From assembly GCA_017442025.1 (NCBI GenBank), contig JAFSBD010000042.1, positions 1 to 25,929 on the forward strand: a DNA stretch of 25,929 nt. Reading direction: 5' to 3'. Shown here piece by piece: positions 15,801 to 22,906 of the stretch. The first letter of the stretch is position 1; each line of letters starts with the position of its first letter. A model generated the notes under the pieces. That model had not been told where the DNA came from. It saw only the letters and a program-made list of their open reading frames with translations, and searched no databases. A program made the translations under genes and the position numbers. Source of the stretch: Clostridia bacterium. GTDB lineage: Bacteria > Bacillota > Clostridia > Oscillospirales > QAKW01.

Positions 15801-17064
15801 GGATGCCGCAAATGAAGCCGACGGAACCTTCAAGTTTGATAAGGCCCTGACCTTCGATAAGGCGGATACCTATTATTATGTGATCCTTGAAAAGAAGGGC
15901 GATAAAGAATATATTGAATATGATGATACCGTTTACGGCGTTGTTGTTACCGTTGAAGATAACGGCGAAGGAAAGCTTTTCGTTGAGAAGAAGGAGATCG
16001 TTGTTGTTGCCGAAGGCGGAACAACGGCGGCGCAGGCAGTAGGATTTTTGAATCAATATGTTCCTGCAGAGGCAAAGATCCGAATTTCCGGCCAAAAGAC
16101 GCTGGAAGGCAGATCCCTCAAGCAGAATGAGTTTAAATTCTTGCTCTATCCCGCAAACGATCAATATGCGGTGGATCCCAATGCGGTCGCGAAGGAGGCC
16201 AAGAATAAGGCGGACGGCAGCTTTGCCTTTGAGGAGATCACCGTCGACCAAGTCGGAACCTATTATTTCGTTGTTCGGGAGGATGCCGAAACCAAAGCCG
16301 AGCGCGTTACCAACGATACCGCGGTCTACCGTCTGGCGGTTGAGATCAAGGACGATCTCAACGGAAAGCTTTATGAAGCCGGCCGTAAGATCGAAAAGGT
16401 CGGAAGCGCAGAGCCGGCTCAGGCGATTGCCTTCAAGAATGTCTATACGCCCAAGCCGCAGGATATCCCCTTGGAGATCGGCGTCCAAAAGACGGTCGTG
16501 AATAAGGGCAGTGAAAAGATCGGCCCCGAAGGCTTTGAATTCCTCTTGGAAGAGGTGGATTCCAGGCAACAGTTCAAGGCGCAGTCGGATGCAGAAGGAA
16601 AAGCAACCTTTGCGCTTCGGTATAGCGAAAGCGATATCGGCAAGACCTATACCTATAAACTGACCGAATTGAACGGCGGGAAGGCGCACGTTCAGTATAG
16701 CGCGGCCGAATATACCGTTACGGTTGCGATCGCTTTGAATGAAAGCAACGAGCTGGTTGCCGCTCTTACCCAAAATGGGGAGAAGGTCGCGGCGGTGGTT
16801 GCGGCGTTTGAAAATGTTTATGATCATACGCCCGATCCCACGCCCGATCCCGATCCTAAGCCGGATCCCGATCCCACGCCCGATCCCGATCCCAAGCCGA
16901 ATCCCGATCCGAAGCCCGATCCCAATCCGGCTCCTTCGGATAGCCCCGATACCGGGGATGAAACCAATCTGGGCCTCTGGTTCGCCCTTCTCTTCGCCAG
17001 CGGCGGCGGACTGCTGCTCGCCACCCTCTATCTGAAAAAGAAGGAAGAAACCGAGCAAGCCTAA
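9877..17064 (+). CDS. Giant sortase-anchored adhesin: signal peptide, vWA domain, ~11 CnaB/Spy0128-like domains, Pro-Asp stalk, SPDTG anchor
   Basis: AAGGAGG RBS before ATG 9877 (~2395 aa). Signal peptide MNKTIFKR..VGMAAA; MIDAS D-A-S-T-S, GTYTQ, LMTDGEP; repeated K-T-L-x-G ... F-x-N-x-Y domains; SPDTGD + TM + KKK tail. Confidence 0.92.
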   Translation: MNKTIFKRTVSIILSIVMLISCLPIVGMAAAGSSTSVADPKTLSDWENWFSSESSRYAGGVFLDKSVYTATEAKADDYFEDIRSLLSFGTDSFGNENFMVALSALGSNSEVLGYSHTPTDTMLVLDASTSMGTGDASSSSIDDMVSGANEAIKRLLALNNYNRVGVVIYNGTASVLLPLDRYVAGNANGDILRFERSRTGGSGSWRDPYTYENRIYVASDVKDSNGANVATTYNAQAQGTYTQGGIYAAAQEFLRADTVIEDGKIQGGTNRMPIMVLMTDGEPSYRTQTGSNTTINKYNVASNNNADRSNFREDDVTAFSTMLTAAWAEAEITAHYNMDTRFYTLGYALSANHQYAQNVLDPMNPNNALAARFSGYATQYLAMNQNATAAFRNENNQQVFRVTRATSPERVKTLDYVDKYWQAAQASQLSAAFDEIVDEIIIQSRYYSTLVSNNNYAQDGFISFTDEIGTYMEVKDIKGIYIGDGKLVSGGMFAEFATTGKVADYDQSNYSEAELEGFENEILNAVSERFGISLSEAMLLINTAKENGYISYTSPDAFSNYIAWYADEDNNYIAPFTNANISAQNNAKYIVRSYFYMGDVTQNRVETSMLYALVRVREDIETGRQIVDMNVPAALLPMVTYTITVDGDTLTQQNITGMTCEQEKPISLLYEVGLDRAINPINIGEKVGESFRKDADGVYTFYTNRWRDDAGNPFGYVAGSAHFTPPADPDPHVFNHGIMNTTVTQFIPSLENERYYFTENKQILDQNHHVYSGSKPTASGEYYVPYHWVEVHNNQAELKTAYDKVSSEIFKKAENVIEIDGKTGWFIKKGTPQYYFGEEIDGEQAHSHKTANTTNTLAFSDYPQVVYHESEGHTGYHMLNYHGNNGRINAEPAQGIKLSKTVEEAVEGAPDSFDFEIALSGTQLAASYPVYIEHADGTATTATKNVEGGKLTVTLADGDVAYIYDLPVGTEYTVKEGDNAYYAPSSSNASGTVALHTLSAVDFKNHPKTYGSLLVAKAVTHPFGTEAIPQALIDKKFDITVAFEGSAEELEKIEAPNGITSADNNKTFRFTLTDGTDVLFTNIPEGVGYKVTESNLPAGFTLVTPAAALEGTIQKDHQSNAELVNNYAPAPVDPNITLTGTKTIPDFTWTAGTFEVALQQVRIGGNETTNIGAPIIIGSMKPDGKTYTFKDLAPYDRVGHYSYMVYEVEPANKVADIAYDKTFGLFTVVVTDEDVDGALEVSEVIVHYGSAALSGDRQSGWTVTKDFTNLHLAETETFTVQKSINGSTADHAHDSGILFGLFADKQDADPIYAALTDETGAAEFTINILQSDFRNAVTYYLREIAPLEEDRVVGMTYDTDWKYSVTIHWPDGAAEPTVTYKTEGGNEVGKTELIIDNAYDSNVPPPSIVFRGKKTLNGGALRAGDAFTFELYETDGDFLTDGLSAKQTKVVTDANGTIPFDAVSFNSTGTKYIVVQEVRGAADGITYDATQYHITLDVVKGLDASGKTVLKIDENTLHIHKTGHGDVGAEELNFNNTYAVNDEEEVVVCGKKTLHGRTLVEGEFEFEILAQTANAPLPAKTKVKNDLNGNFAFPAIRYDVADKGVGYQAEYAYTIREVVPADADKKGITYNSNGKSAYTLVVRLEDDGLGGIKKTVTLDGQAVADVTVAFENTYGAAATNLTFRGTKTFNKERGEFTFALYETGKEFAIRSAAVKTAKATVANGSGAYSINLEYASADKGYHYYVIKEVVPAAANGISYDVAEYHITVNVLDNGHGELEAHVMSIHKAHTSETATKDTLNFANVYEAAPTEYALKGKKTLVGKELKADLFEFRLSDNAGEIATVKNAADGSFAFPLQTLDEARDYVFYVEEINGGSTIKGIAYDAATFTVTIPVLDDGLGQLYVDEANIKIQKEVANQKTDVSEISFTNEYSATATDELYLEGVKQIDGTTLKKGDFTFELYEADKNFKKGAFLKDAANEADGTFKFDKALTFDKADTYYYVILEKKGDKEYIEYDDTVYGVVVTVEDNGEGKLFVEKKEIVVVAEGGTTAAQAVGFLNQYVPAEAKIRISGQKTLEGRSLKQNEFKFLLYPANDQYAVDPNAVAKEAKNKADGSFAFEEITVDQVGTYYFVVREDAETKAERVTNDTAVYRLAVEIKDDLNGKLYEAGRKIEKVGSAEPAQAIAFKNVYTPKPQDIPLEIGVQKTVVNKGSEKIGPEGFEFLLEEVDSRQQFKAQSDAEGKATFALRYSESDIGKTYTYKLTELNGGKAHVQYSAAEYTVTVAIALNESNELVAALTQNGEKVAAVVAAFENVYDHTPDPTPDPDPKPDPDPTPDPDPKPNPDPKPDPNPAPSDSPDTGDETNLGLWFALLFASGGGLLLATLYLKKKEETEQA
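16828..16930 (+). repeat. Coding tandem repeat (CCCGAT-based) giving TPDP/KPDP stalk
   Basis: Repeated cccgatccc units encoding TPDPTPDPDPKPDPDPTPDPDPKPNPDPKPDPNP. Confidence 0.9.
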
Positions 17065-17071
17065 TAAAACC

Positions 17072-17104
17072 AACGCCCCCTGCGGAAATTCCGCAGGGGG
17101 CGTT
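17072..17104. terminator. 16-bp perfect inverted repeat after the adhesin
   Basis: AACGCCCCCTGCGGAA-a-TTCCGCAGGGGGCGTT; weak T-tract, so it is either a terminator or a REP-like stem. Confidence 0.7.
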
Positions 17105-17124
17105 ATCTTATGGGGACAAAAAAC

Positions 17125-17165
17125 TTTACAGATAAGTTGACAGATGTAAACTTCGGTGTTATAAT
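17125..17165 (+). promoter_or_regulatory. nad operon promoter with overlapping putative NiaR operator
   Basis: TTGACA (17137-17142), 17 bp, TG-T-TATAAT (17160-17165). The palindrome TTTACA-N14-TGTAAA (17125-17150) has ACA-N2-x-N4-ACA-N2-TGT spacing, matching my recollection of Bacillus/Clostridium NiaR boxes; niaR is in the operon. Confidence 0.8.
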
Positions 17166-17209
17166 CTATGCGTTTGATAAAGAAGTTTGAGAAAAAAGGA
17201 AAGGCGCAT

Positions 17210-18109
17210 ATGAAAAAACAGATCAAACAATTAAAGAAAGAAAAAAATGCGGTGATGCTTGCCCATTATTACGCTCCCGCCGAAGTGCAGGAGGCGGCAG
17301 ATTTTGTGGGCGATTCTTTTTATCTTGCCAAGGTCGCCAAGCAAAGCGATGCAGATATCATCGTTTTTTGCGGGGTTCGGTTTATGGGCGAAAGCGCAAA
17401 GATCCTGAATCCCGATAAAAAGGTGCTGATGCCCGATCCCACCGCCGATTGCGCCATGGCGCATATGGTGCGGGAGGGGATCATTGCCGAAATGAGAGCA
17501 AAATATGAGGATCTTGCCGTTGTTTGCTATATCAATTCAACCGCCGAGCTGAAATGTCAAAGCGATGTTTGCGTTACCTCTTCCAATGCGGTTCGGATCG
17601 TTAAAAACCTGCCGAACAAAAACATATTTTTTATTCCCGATCGCAATCTCGGCGCCTTTGTTGCCGCGCAGGTTCCCGAAAAGAATATCATTCTCAACGA
17701 CGGCTGTTGCCCCATCCATGCGCATATTTCAGCAAAGCAGGTCCTTGCCGAAAAGGGAAAGCACCCCATGGCAAAGGTGCTTGCCCATCCCGAATGCGAG
17801 GCGGAGGTGCTTGCATTATCCGATTTCATCGGGAGCACCGCGGATATTATTGCCTTTGCAAAAACCGATCCTGCCGCGGAATATATCATCTGCACCGAGG
17901 ACGGTGTGGACTATAAACTGGCCGCGGATCATCCCGATAAGCGGTTTTATTATCCCGAACCCCGCCCCTGCTGCAAGGATATGAAGCGCAATACCCTTGA
18001 GGCGGTCTTGGCGGTTTTGGAAAAGGAAGATCAAGAGATTATCATATCGGAGGAGATCCGCCGCGATGCGCTGATCCCTCTGGAAAGAATGTTGGAGCTT
18101 TCGAAATAA
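17210..18109 (+). CDS. nadA: Quinolinate synthase
   Basis: LAHYY, ADFVGDSFYL, FCGVRFMGESAKIL, three Fe-S Cys (ADCAMA, GCCPIH, CKDMKRN), VCYINS; start 17210 after AAGGAAAGG. Confidence 0.96.
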   Translation: MKKQIKQLKKEKNAVMLAHYYAPAEVQEAADFVGDSFYLAKVAKQSDADIIVFCGVRFMGESAKILNPDKKVLMPDPTADCAMAHMVREGIIAEMRAKYEDLAVVCYINSTAELKCQSDVCVTSSNAVRIVKNLPNKNIFFIPDRNLGAFVAAQVPEKNIILNDGCCPIHAHISAKQVLAEKGKHPMAKVLAHPECEAEVLALSDFIGSTADIIAFAKTDPAAEYIICTEDGVDYKLAADHPDKRFYYPEPRPCCKDMKRNTLEAVLAVLEKEDQEIIISEEIRRDALIPLERMLELSK

Positions 18110-19383
18110 TGAAAACAGATATTTTAATCGTTGGCTGCGGCGTTGCGGGGTTATACTGCGCGCTGCATTTGCCCCAAGAGAAAACCGTTACCGTTATCAC
18201 CAAAAACGAAGCGCCCAAGAGCGATTCCTTTCTCGCCCAGGGCGGGATCTGTGTCCTGCGGGATGAGGCAGACTATCAGGCGTTTTATAACGATACGATG
18301 AAAGCGGGTCATTATGAAAACAATCCCGAATCGGTGGAGATCATGATCCGCTCCTCTCAAGAGGTCATCGGGGACCTGGTGGATTTTGGCGTTTGCTTTG
18401 AAAGGGAGGGGGAAGCCTTTGCCTATACCCGCGAAGGGGCCCATTCCAGAGCGCGTATTCTTTTTCATGAGGACGAGACCGGCAAGGAGATCACCTCCCG
18501 CTTGCTGGAAAGGGTAAAAGAACGGCCGAATATAACCCTCATGGAAAACTTCACCATGGTGGATTTGATCTGCGAAAAGAACCGTTGCGCAGGGATCGTC
18601 GGGCGGGATGCAGGCGGAAATTATCAGAGCATCGATGCGGATTATACCGTTCTTGCAACCGGCGGGATCGGCGGGCTTTTTAAGCATTCCACCAATTATC
18701 GGCACTTAACAGGCGATGCCTTGGCGCTTGCCTTGAAATATGATATCAAGCTGCAGCATATGGATTATATCCAGATCCATCCAACGACCCTTTATACGAA
18801 AAAAGAAGGCCGCGCCTTTCTCATTTCCGAATCGGTGCGCGGCGAAGGGGCGATCCTGCTGAATGGGAAAGGCGAGCGGTTTGTTGATGAACTGCAGCCG
18901 CGGGATGTTGTTGCAAACGCGATCTTTGAAGAGATGAAGAAAGAAGGCAGAGAGCACGTTTGGCTTTCGTTGGCACCGATCCCTGCCGAAGAGATCCGCA
19001 ATCATTTCCCCCATATCTATCAGCATTGCCTGGAGGAGGGGTATGACGTAACCAAAGAGCCCATCCCGGTTGTCCCGGCGCAGCATTACTTTATGGGCGG
19101 GATCGATGTGGACCGCCATAGCAAAACCTCCATGGATCGCTTATATGCCATAGGAGAAACGGCCTGTAACGGGGTCCACGGTAAAAACCGCCTGGCCAGT
19201 AATTCGCTGCTGGAAAGCCTTGTTTTTGCCAAGCGGGCGGCAAGGCATATCGCAGAAAATTATGAAGCGTCGGCGCATCGGCCGGAAAGGGCGGTGGACG
19301 CTTCGCTTTATGAGGAATGTTCGGAAAAATATAAAGATTGGGTCTTGACCGCGATCGAAAAGGAGAAAAACAACCATGAATAA
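18109..19383 (+). CDS. nadB: L-aspartate oxidase
   Basis: GCGVAG FAD motif, SFLAQGGI, REGAHS, LATGG, IQIHPT, LISESVRGEG, PRDVV, HYFMGG, GVHGKNRLASNSLLE. Confidence 0.96.
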   Translation: MKTDILIVGCGVAGLYCALHLPQEKTVTVITKNEAPKSDSFLAQGGICVLRDEADYQAFYNDTMKAGHYENNPESVEIMIRSSQEVIGDLVDFGVCFEREGEAFAYTREGAHSRARILFHEDETGKEITSRLLERVKERPNITLMENFTMVDLICEKNRCAGIVGRDAGGNYQSIDADYTVLATGGIGGLFKHSTNYRHLTGDALALALKYDIKLQHMDYIQIHPTTLYTKKEGRAFLISESVRGEGAILLNGKGERFVDELQPRDVVANAIFEEMKKEGREHVWLSLAPIPAEEIRNHFPHIYQHCLEEGYDVTKEPIPVVPAQHYFMGGIDVDRHSKTSMDRLYAIGETACNGVHGKNRLASNSLLESLVFAKRAARHIAENYEASAHRPERAVDASLYEECSEKYKDWVLTAIEKEKNNHE

Positions 19384-20227
19384 TATTACCATGAAATTAA
19401 ATGCAGACGATCTGATCCTGGCGGCGTTGAAGGAGGATATCACCAGCGAGGATATCTCCACCAATTCGGTGATGCCCCGTTATCAGTTGGGGGAAGTGGA
19501 GCTGATCTGCAAGGAAGAGGGCATTATTGCGGGCTTGGATGTGTTCAAGCGGGTGTTTGAGCTGCTGGATGAGCAAACCGAGGTCTCCTTCTTTTGCCAA
19601 GATGGGGATCGGGTCGCAAAGGGGCAAAAGCTGGGCGTGATCCGCGGGGATATCCGCGTTTTGCTTTCCGGCGAGCGAACAGCGCTCAACTATCTGCAGC
19701 GCATGAGCGGGATCGCCACCTATACCCGCGCCATTGCCGACCTGCTGAAGGGCAGTAAGACCAAGCTTTTGGATACCCGCAAAACCACCCCCGGGATGCG
19801 GATCTTTGAAAAATACGCAGTCAAGGTCGGGGGCGGATGTAATCACCGCTATAATCTCAGCGACGGTATCCTTCTGAAGGATAACCATATCGGTGCGGCA
19901 GGGGGCGTAAAAGAGGCGGTCCAAATGGCAAAGGAGTATGCGCCTTTTGTCCGCAAGATCGAGATCGAGGTCGAAAGCCTGGATATGCTCAAGGATGCGC
20001 TGGATGCGGGTGCGGATATCATCATGCTGGATAATATGAGCGTGGAGGATATGAAAGAAGCGGTAAAGCTTTGCGCAGGCAAGGCGGAAACCGAGTGCAG
20101 CGGGAATGTAACGAAGGAAAACGTTTCCAAGCTTATCGGGATCGGGGTGGACTATATCTCCAGCGGTGCCCTTACCCACTCTTCGCCGATCCTGGATCTT
20201 TCTCTTAAAAATCTTCATGCAGTATAA
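19376..20227 (+). CDS. nadC: Nicotinate-nucleotide pyrophosphorylase (QPRTase)
   Basis: LLSGERTALNYLQRMSGIAT, DTRKTTPG, NHRYNLSDGILLKDNH, IEIEVE, IMLDNM, ISSGALTHS. Confidence 0.97.
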   Translation: MNNITMKLNADDLILAALKEDITSEDISTNSVMPRYQLGEVELICKEEGIIAGLDVFKRVFELLDEQTEVSFFCQDGDRVAKGQKLGVIRGDIRVLLSGERTALNYLQRMSGIATYTRAIADLLKGSKTKLLDTRKTTPGMRIFEKYAVKVGGGCNHRYNLSDGILLKDNHIGAAGGVKEAVQMAKEYAPFVRKIEIEVESLDMLKDALDAGADIIMLDNMSVEDMKEAVKLCAGKAETECSGNVTKENVSKLIGIGVDYISSGALTHSSPILDLSLKNLHAV

Positions 20228-20239
20228 AGGGGTGAATTC

Positions 20240-20752
20240 ATGAAGGTGCTTGACAGAAGAAAAGCGATCGCCAATCGGCTTTTATCGGCAAAGGAAGCGA
20301 TCTCGGGCGGCGCGCTTTCGGAGGAGTTCGGCGTATCCCGGCAGATCATTGTCCGGGATATTACCGTGCTGAAAGGCTCGGGCTACGATATCCTTTCAAC
20401 CCATAGCGGATATGTGATCCAAAAATCCCCCCTCAAAGAGCGGGTGTTTAAACTGCGCCATACCACCGAACAGACCGAGGATGAATTGGAAACGATCGTT
20501 GATCTCGGCGGAACGGTGGTGGACGTTTTTGTCTGGCATAAGGTCTACGGCAAGGTGGTCGCACCCTTGAATATCTTTTCCCGCCTTCATGTGAAGCAAT
20601 TTATCGAAGGGGTCCGCAGCGGAAAGTCTTCGGAACTGATGAATATTACCGGCGGTTATCATTACCATACCGTGCGCGCAGAGTCTGAGGAGGCGCTGGA
20701 TCGGATCGGGGATGCTTTGAATGCCCGCGGGTATATCGCACCGATGATTTAA
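20240..20752 (+). CDS. niaR: Niacin-responsive repressor (HTH + 3H domain)
   Basis: N-terminal HTH (VSRQIIVRDI..L), DELETIVDLGG, conserved His residues (VWHKVYG, GYHYHTV); located in the nad operon. Confidence 0.92.
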   Translation: MKVLDRRKAIANRLLSAKEAISGGALSEEFGVSRQIIVRDITVLKGSGYDILSTHSGYVIQKSPLKERVFKLRHTTEQTEDELETIVDLGGTVVDVFVWHKVYGKVVAPLNIFSRLHVKQFIEGVRSGKSSELMNITGGYHYHTVRAESEEALDRIGDALNARGYIAPMI

Positions 20753-20771
20753 GGCGGAGGGATGCAACGAA

Positions 20772-21365
20772 ATGGAAAAAAACAGATTTGAAAAACAGTT
20801 GGATTTCATTTTAGAGGCCGATAAAGAAAAAAACATCCTGCGCCAGACCCATTTAAGCGGTCATGGGCGGCGGGAGAACGATGCGGAGCATGCATGGCAT
20901 ATGGCCATGATGATCTATCTTTTGAGGGAATATTCCAATGCGGATTTTGATGTTGCCAAAGCAATGATGATGGCCTTGATCCATGATATCGTTGAGATCG
21001 ATGCGGGCGATACATATGCCTATGATTCCGCCCGCCTGGAAACCCAAAAGGAGCGGGAGCAAAAAGCGGCCGATCGGATCTTCGGCCTGCTCCCCGCCGA
21101 TCAGCAAAAGGAACTTCGCGCCTTGTTTGAAGAATTTGAGGCGTGGGAAACGGCAGAAGCCAAGTTTGTGCATACAATGGATAATTTCCAGCCGTTTCTG
21201 CTGAACCATTCCAATAACGGCGGCGATTGGCGCGAGCATCAGGTCTGCCGTTCGCAGGTGATGGGCAGGCAAAAAACCTCCAAGCTCGGCTCGGAGAAAA
21301 TATGGGAATATACCGAAAAACGGATCGAAGAACACGTCGAAAAGGGAAATATACGCAATGAATAA
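20772..21365 (+). CDS. HD-domain phosphohydrolase (YfbR/HDDC2-like)
   Basis: RENDAEHAWHMA, ALIHDIVEIDAGD, EAKFVHTMD. Confidence 0.88.
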   Translation: MEKNRFEKQLDFILEADKEKNILRQTHLSGHGRRENDAEHAWHMAMMIYLLREYSNADFDVAKAMMMALIHDIVEIDAGDTYAYDSARLETQKEREQKAADRIFGLLPADQQKELRALFEEFEAWETAEAKFVHTMDNFQPFLLNHSNNGGDWREHQVCRSQVMGRQKTSKLGSEKIWEYTEKRIEEHVEKGNIRNE

Positions 21366-21396
21366 GAGGGTAGACGTAAGGTCTACCCTCTTTTTT
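21364..21396. terminator. Bidirectional intrinsic terminator between HD and MATE genes
   Basis: AAGAGGGTAGAC-gtaag-GTCTACCCTCTT + TTTT, between convergent stops. Confidence 0.85.
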
Positions 21397-22750
21397 ACAG
21401 CTCCTTTAGAGCTTTTTTGAATTGAATGGCGAAAAGAACGGCGGTGAAGGAAACAGCGAGCAGGTCGGCGACCGGCTCGGCCGTATAAACGCCCATTGTT
21501 TGATCTGCGATCAGTTGGGGCATCAAGTAGATCAGCGGCAAAAGCAAAACGAACTTGCGAACGATTGCAACAATGATCGAGCAAGGCGCGTTGCCGATGG
21601 AAACAAAAGTCATCTGGCAGGCGATCTGGATCCCGAAGATACATAAAACACCGCAATAAACACGCAATGCCTTTGCGGTAAAGGCGATCAGCGTTGCATC
21701 GGGAGAGAAGATCCCCGCAAACAGTTGCGGAACCAACAGGATCGCGCTCCAGACGGCAAAGGAATATATGAGGCAGGAGATCAGCAAAAGCTTAAAGGTC
21801 TTCTTGACGCGCGCGGTATTTTTTGCACCGTAGTTATAGCTGAGGATCGGCTGTGCGCCCTGCGCGATGCCCTGCATCGGCAGCATGGCAAATTGCATCA
21901 CGCTTGTGAGGATCGTCATCGCGCCGACAGCAATATCACCGCCGTATTTTAAAAGCGAAGAATTAAAGCAGACCGAGATCACGCTTTCGCTGCTTTGCAT
22001 AATAAAGGTCGCCGTTCCTAACGCAACGCAAGGGAAGATGCGTTTGCCGTCGATGGGCAGATTTTGTTTCTTGAGTTTGAGATCGGTCCTCCTGCCGCAA
22101 AGGAAGCAGAGCACCCAAACGCAGGAGATGGCCTGGGAAAGGATGGTGGCAAGTGCCGCACCCTTCACGCCCAGATGAAATCCGAAAATGAAAACGGGAT
22201 CGAGAATAATGTTGCTTAAAGCCCCGATCAGTACCGTTATCATGCTGACCTTGGTATAACCCTGCGCGGTGATGAAGGCTCCCATGCCAAGGGTCAACTG
22301 GACAAAGACTGTGCCGATCGCGTAAATATTCATATAAGCGGTGGCGTAACCGATGGTGTTTGCGCTGGCACCAAACATTAAAAGCAGATCTTCATTCCAG
22401 ATCAGCAAGGCGGCGGTCAAAACAGCGGAGATAATAAGTTGCAGAGAAAAGCAACCGCCCATGATTTTTTCGGCCGCGTCGGTGTCGCCTTTCCCCATCG
22501 AGATCGAGGCCTTCGGCGCACCGCCCGAGGCAATAAGCGCCGCAAAGGCCGAGATGATCATAATGATCGGCATACAAACGCCAACGCCGGTAAGCGCAAG
22601 GCTTCCCTCGCCCGGCATATGGCCGATGTAAATGCGGTCAACGATGTTATAAAGCATATTGATAAGCTGAGCCACCACCGTCGGAACGGCTAATTTAAAA
22701 AGCAGCTTGCCGATGGGTGCTGTGCCAAGCATTTCTTTGTTTTCGCTCAT
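21395..22750 (-). CDS. MATE family efflux transporter (MepA-like)
   Basis: KLLFKLAVP, MLYNIVDRIYIG, LTGVG, NIILDPVFIFGFHLGVKGAALAT; about 12 TM segments. Confidence 0.93.
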   Translation of the reverse strand: MSENKEMLGTAPIGKLLFKLAVPTVVAQLINMLYNIVDRIYIGHMPGEGSLALTGVGVCMPIIMIISAFAALIASGGAPKASISMGKGDTDAAEKIMGGCFSLQLIISAVLTAALLIWNEDLLLMFGASANTIGYATAYMNIYAIGTVFVQLTLGMGAFITAQGYTKVSMITVLIGALSNIILDPVFIFGFHLGVKGAALATILSQAISCVWVLCFLCGRRTDLKLKKQNLPIDGKRIFPCVALGTATFIMQSSESVISVCFNSSLLKYGGDIAVGAMTILTSVMQFAMLPMQGIAQGAQPILSYNYGAKNTARVKKTFKLLLISCLIYSFAVWSAILLVPQLFAGIFSPDATLIAFTAKALRVYCGVLCIFGIQIACQMTFVSIGNAPCSIIVAIVRKFVLLLPLIYLMPQLIADQTMGVYTAEPVADLLAVSFTAVLFAIQFKKALKEL

Positions 22751-22783
22751 ATCTTCACTCCGTAAAATCTAAAACTACAATGG

Positions 22784-22812
22784 ATTATATAATATTTTGC
22801 CGTATAATGCAA
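22784..22812 (-). promoter_or_regulatory. SigA promoter of MATE gene
   Basis: Minus strand TTGCAT (22812-22807), 17 bp, TATAAT (22789-22784). Confidence 0.7.
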
Positions 22813-22860
22813 GGGCCTCCGCCGACTTGGTCGGGAGGCCAGAGGCCGGAAGTTCGAGTC
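22813..22860 (+). other. Hairpin plus degenerate tRNA-like (variable loop/T-arm) fragment
   Basis: ggcctcc-gccgac-ttg-gtcgg-gaggcc hairpin, then AGGCC-GGAAG-TTCGAGT-C; the T-stem 3' strand and acceptor stem are missing. Confidence 0.3.
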
Positions 22861-22906
22861 AACGAACGTATCCTGTTTTTGGGCGCAACTTGCTTTGATT
22901 TAGAGG

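Noticed and set aside
13288-17226. 1312-aa minus-strand ORF (also 10132-11397 and 11875-12522)
   Set aside because: Antisense shadows of the adhesin caused by its codon bias; Ile/Gly/Leu-rich with no motifs or RBS.
22813-22900. A second intact tRNA or a known ribozyme/riboswitch
   Set aside because: No acceptor stem, no canonical anticodon loop, T-stem 3' strand missing, and no match to motifs I recognise.
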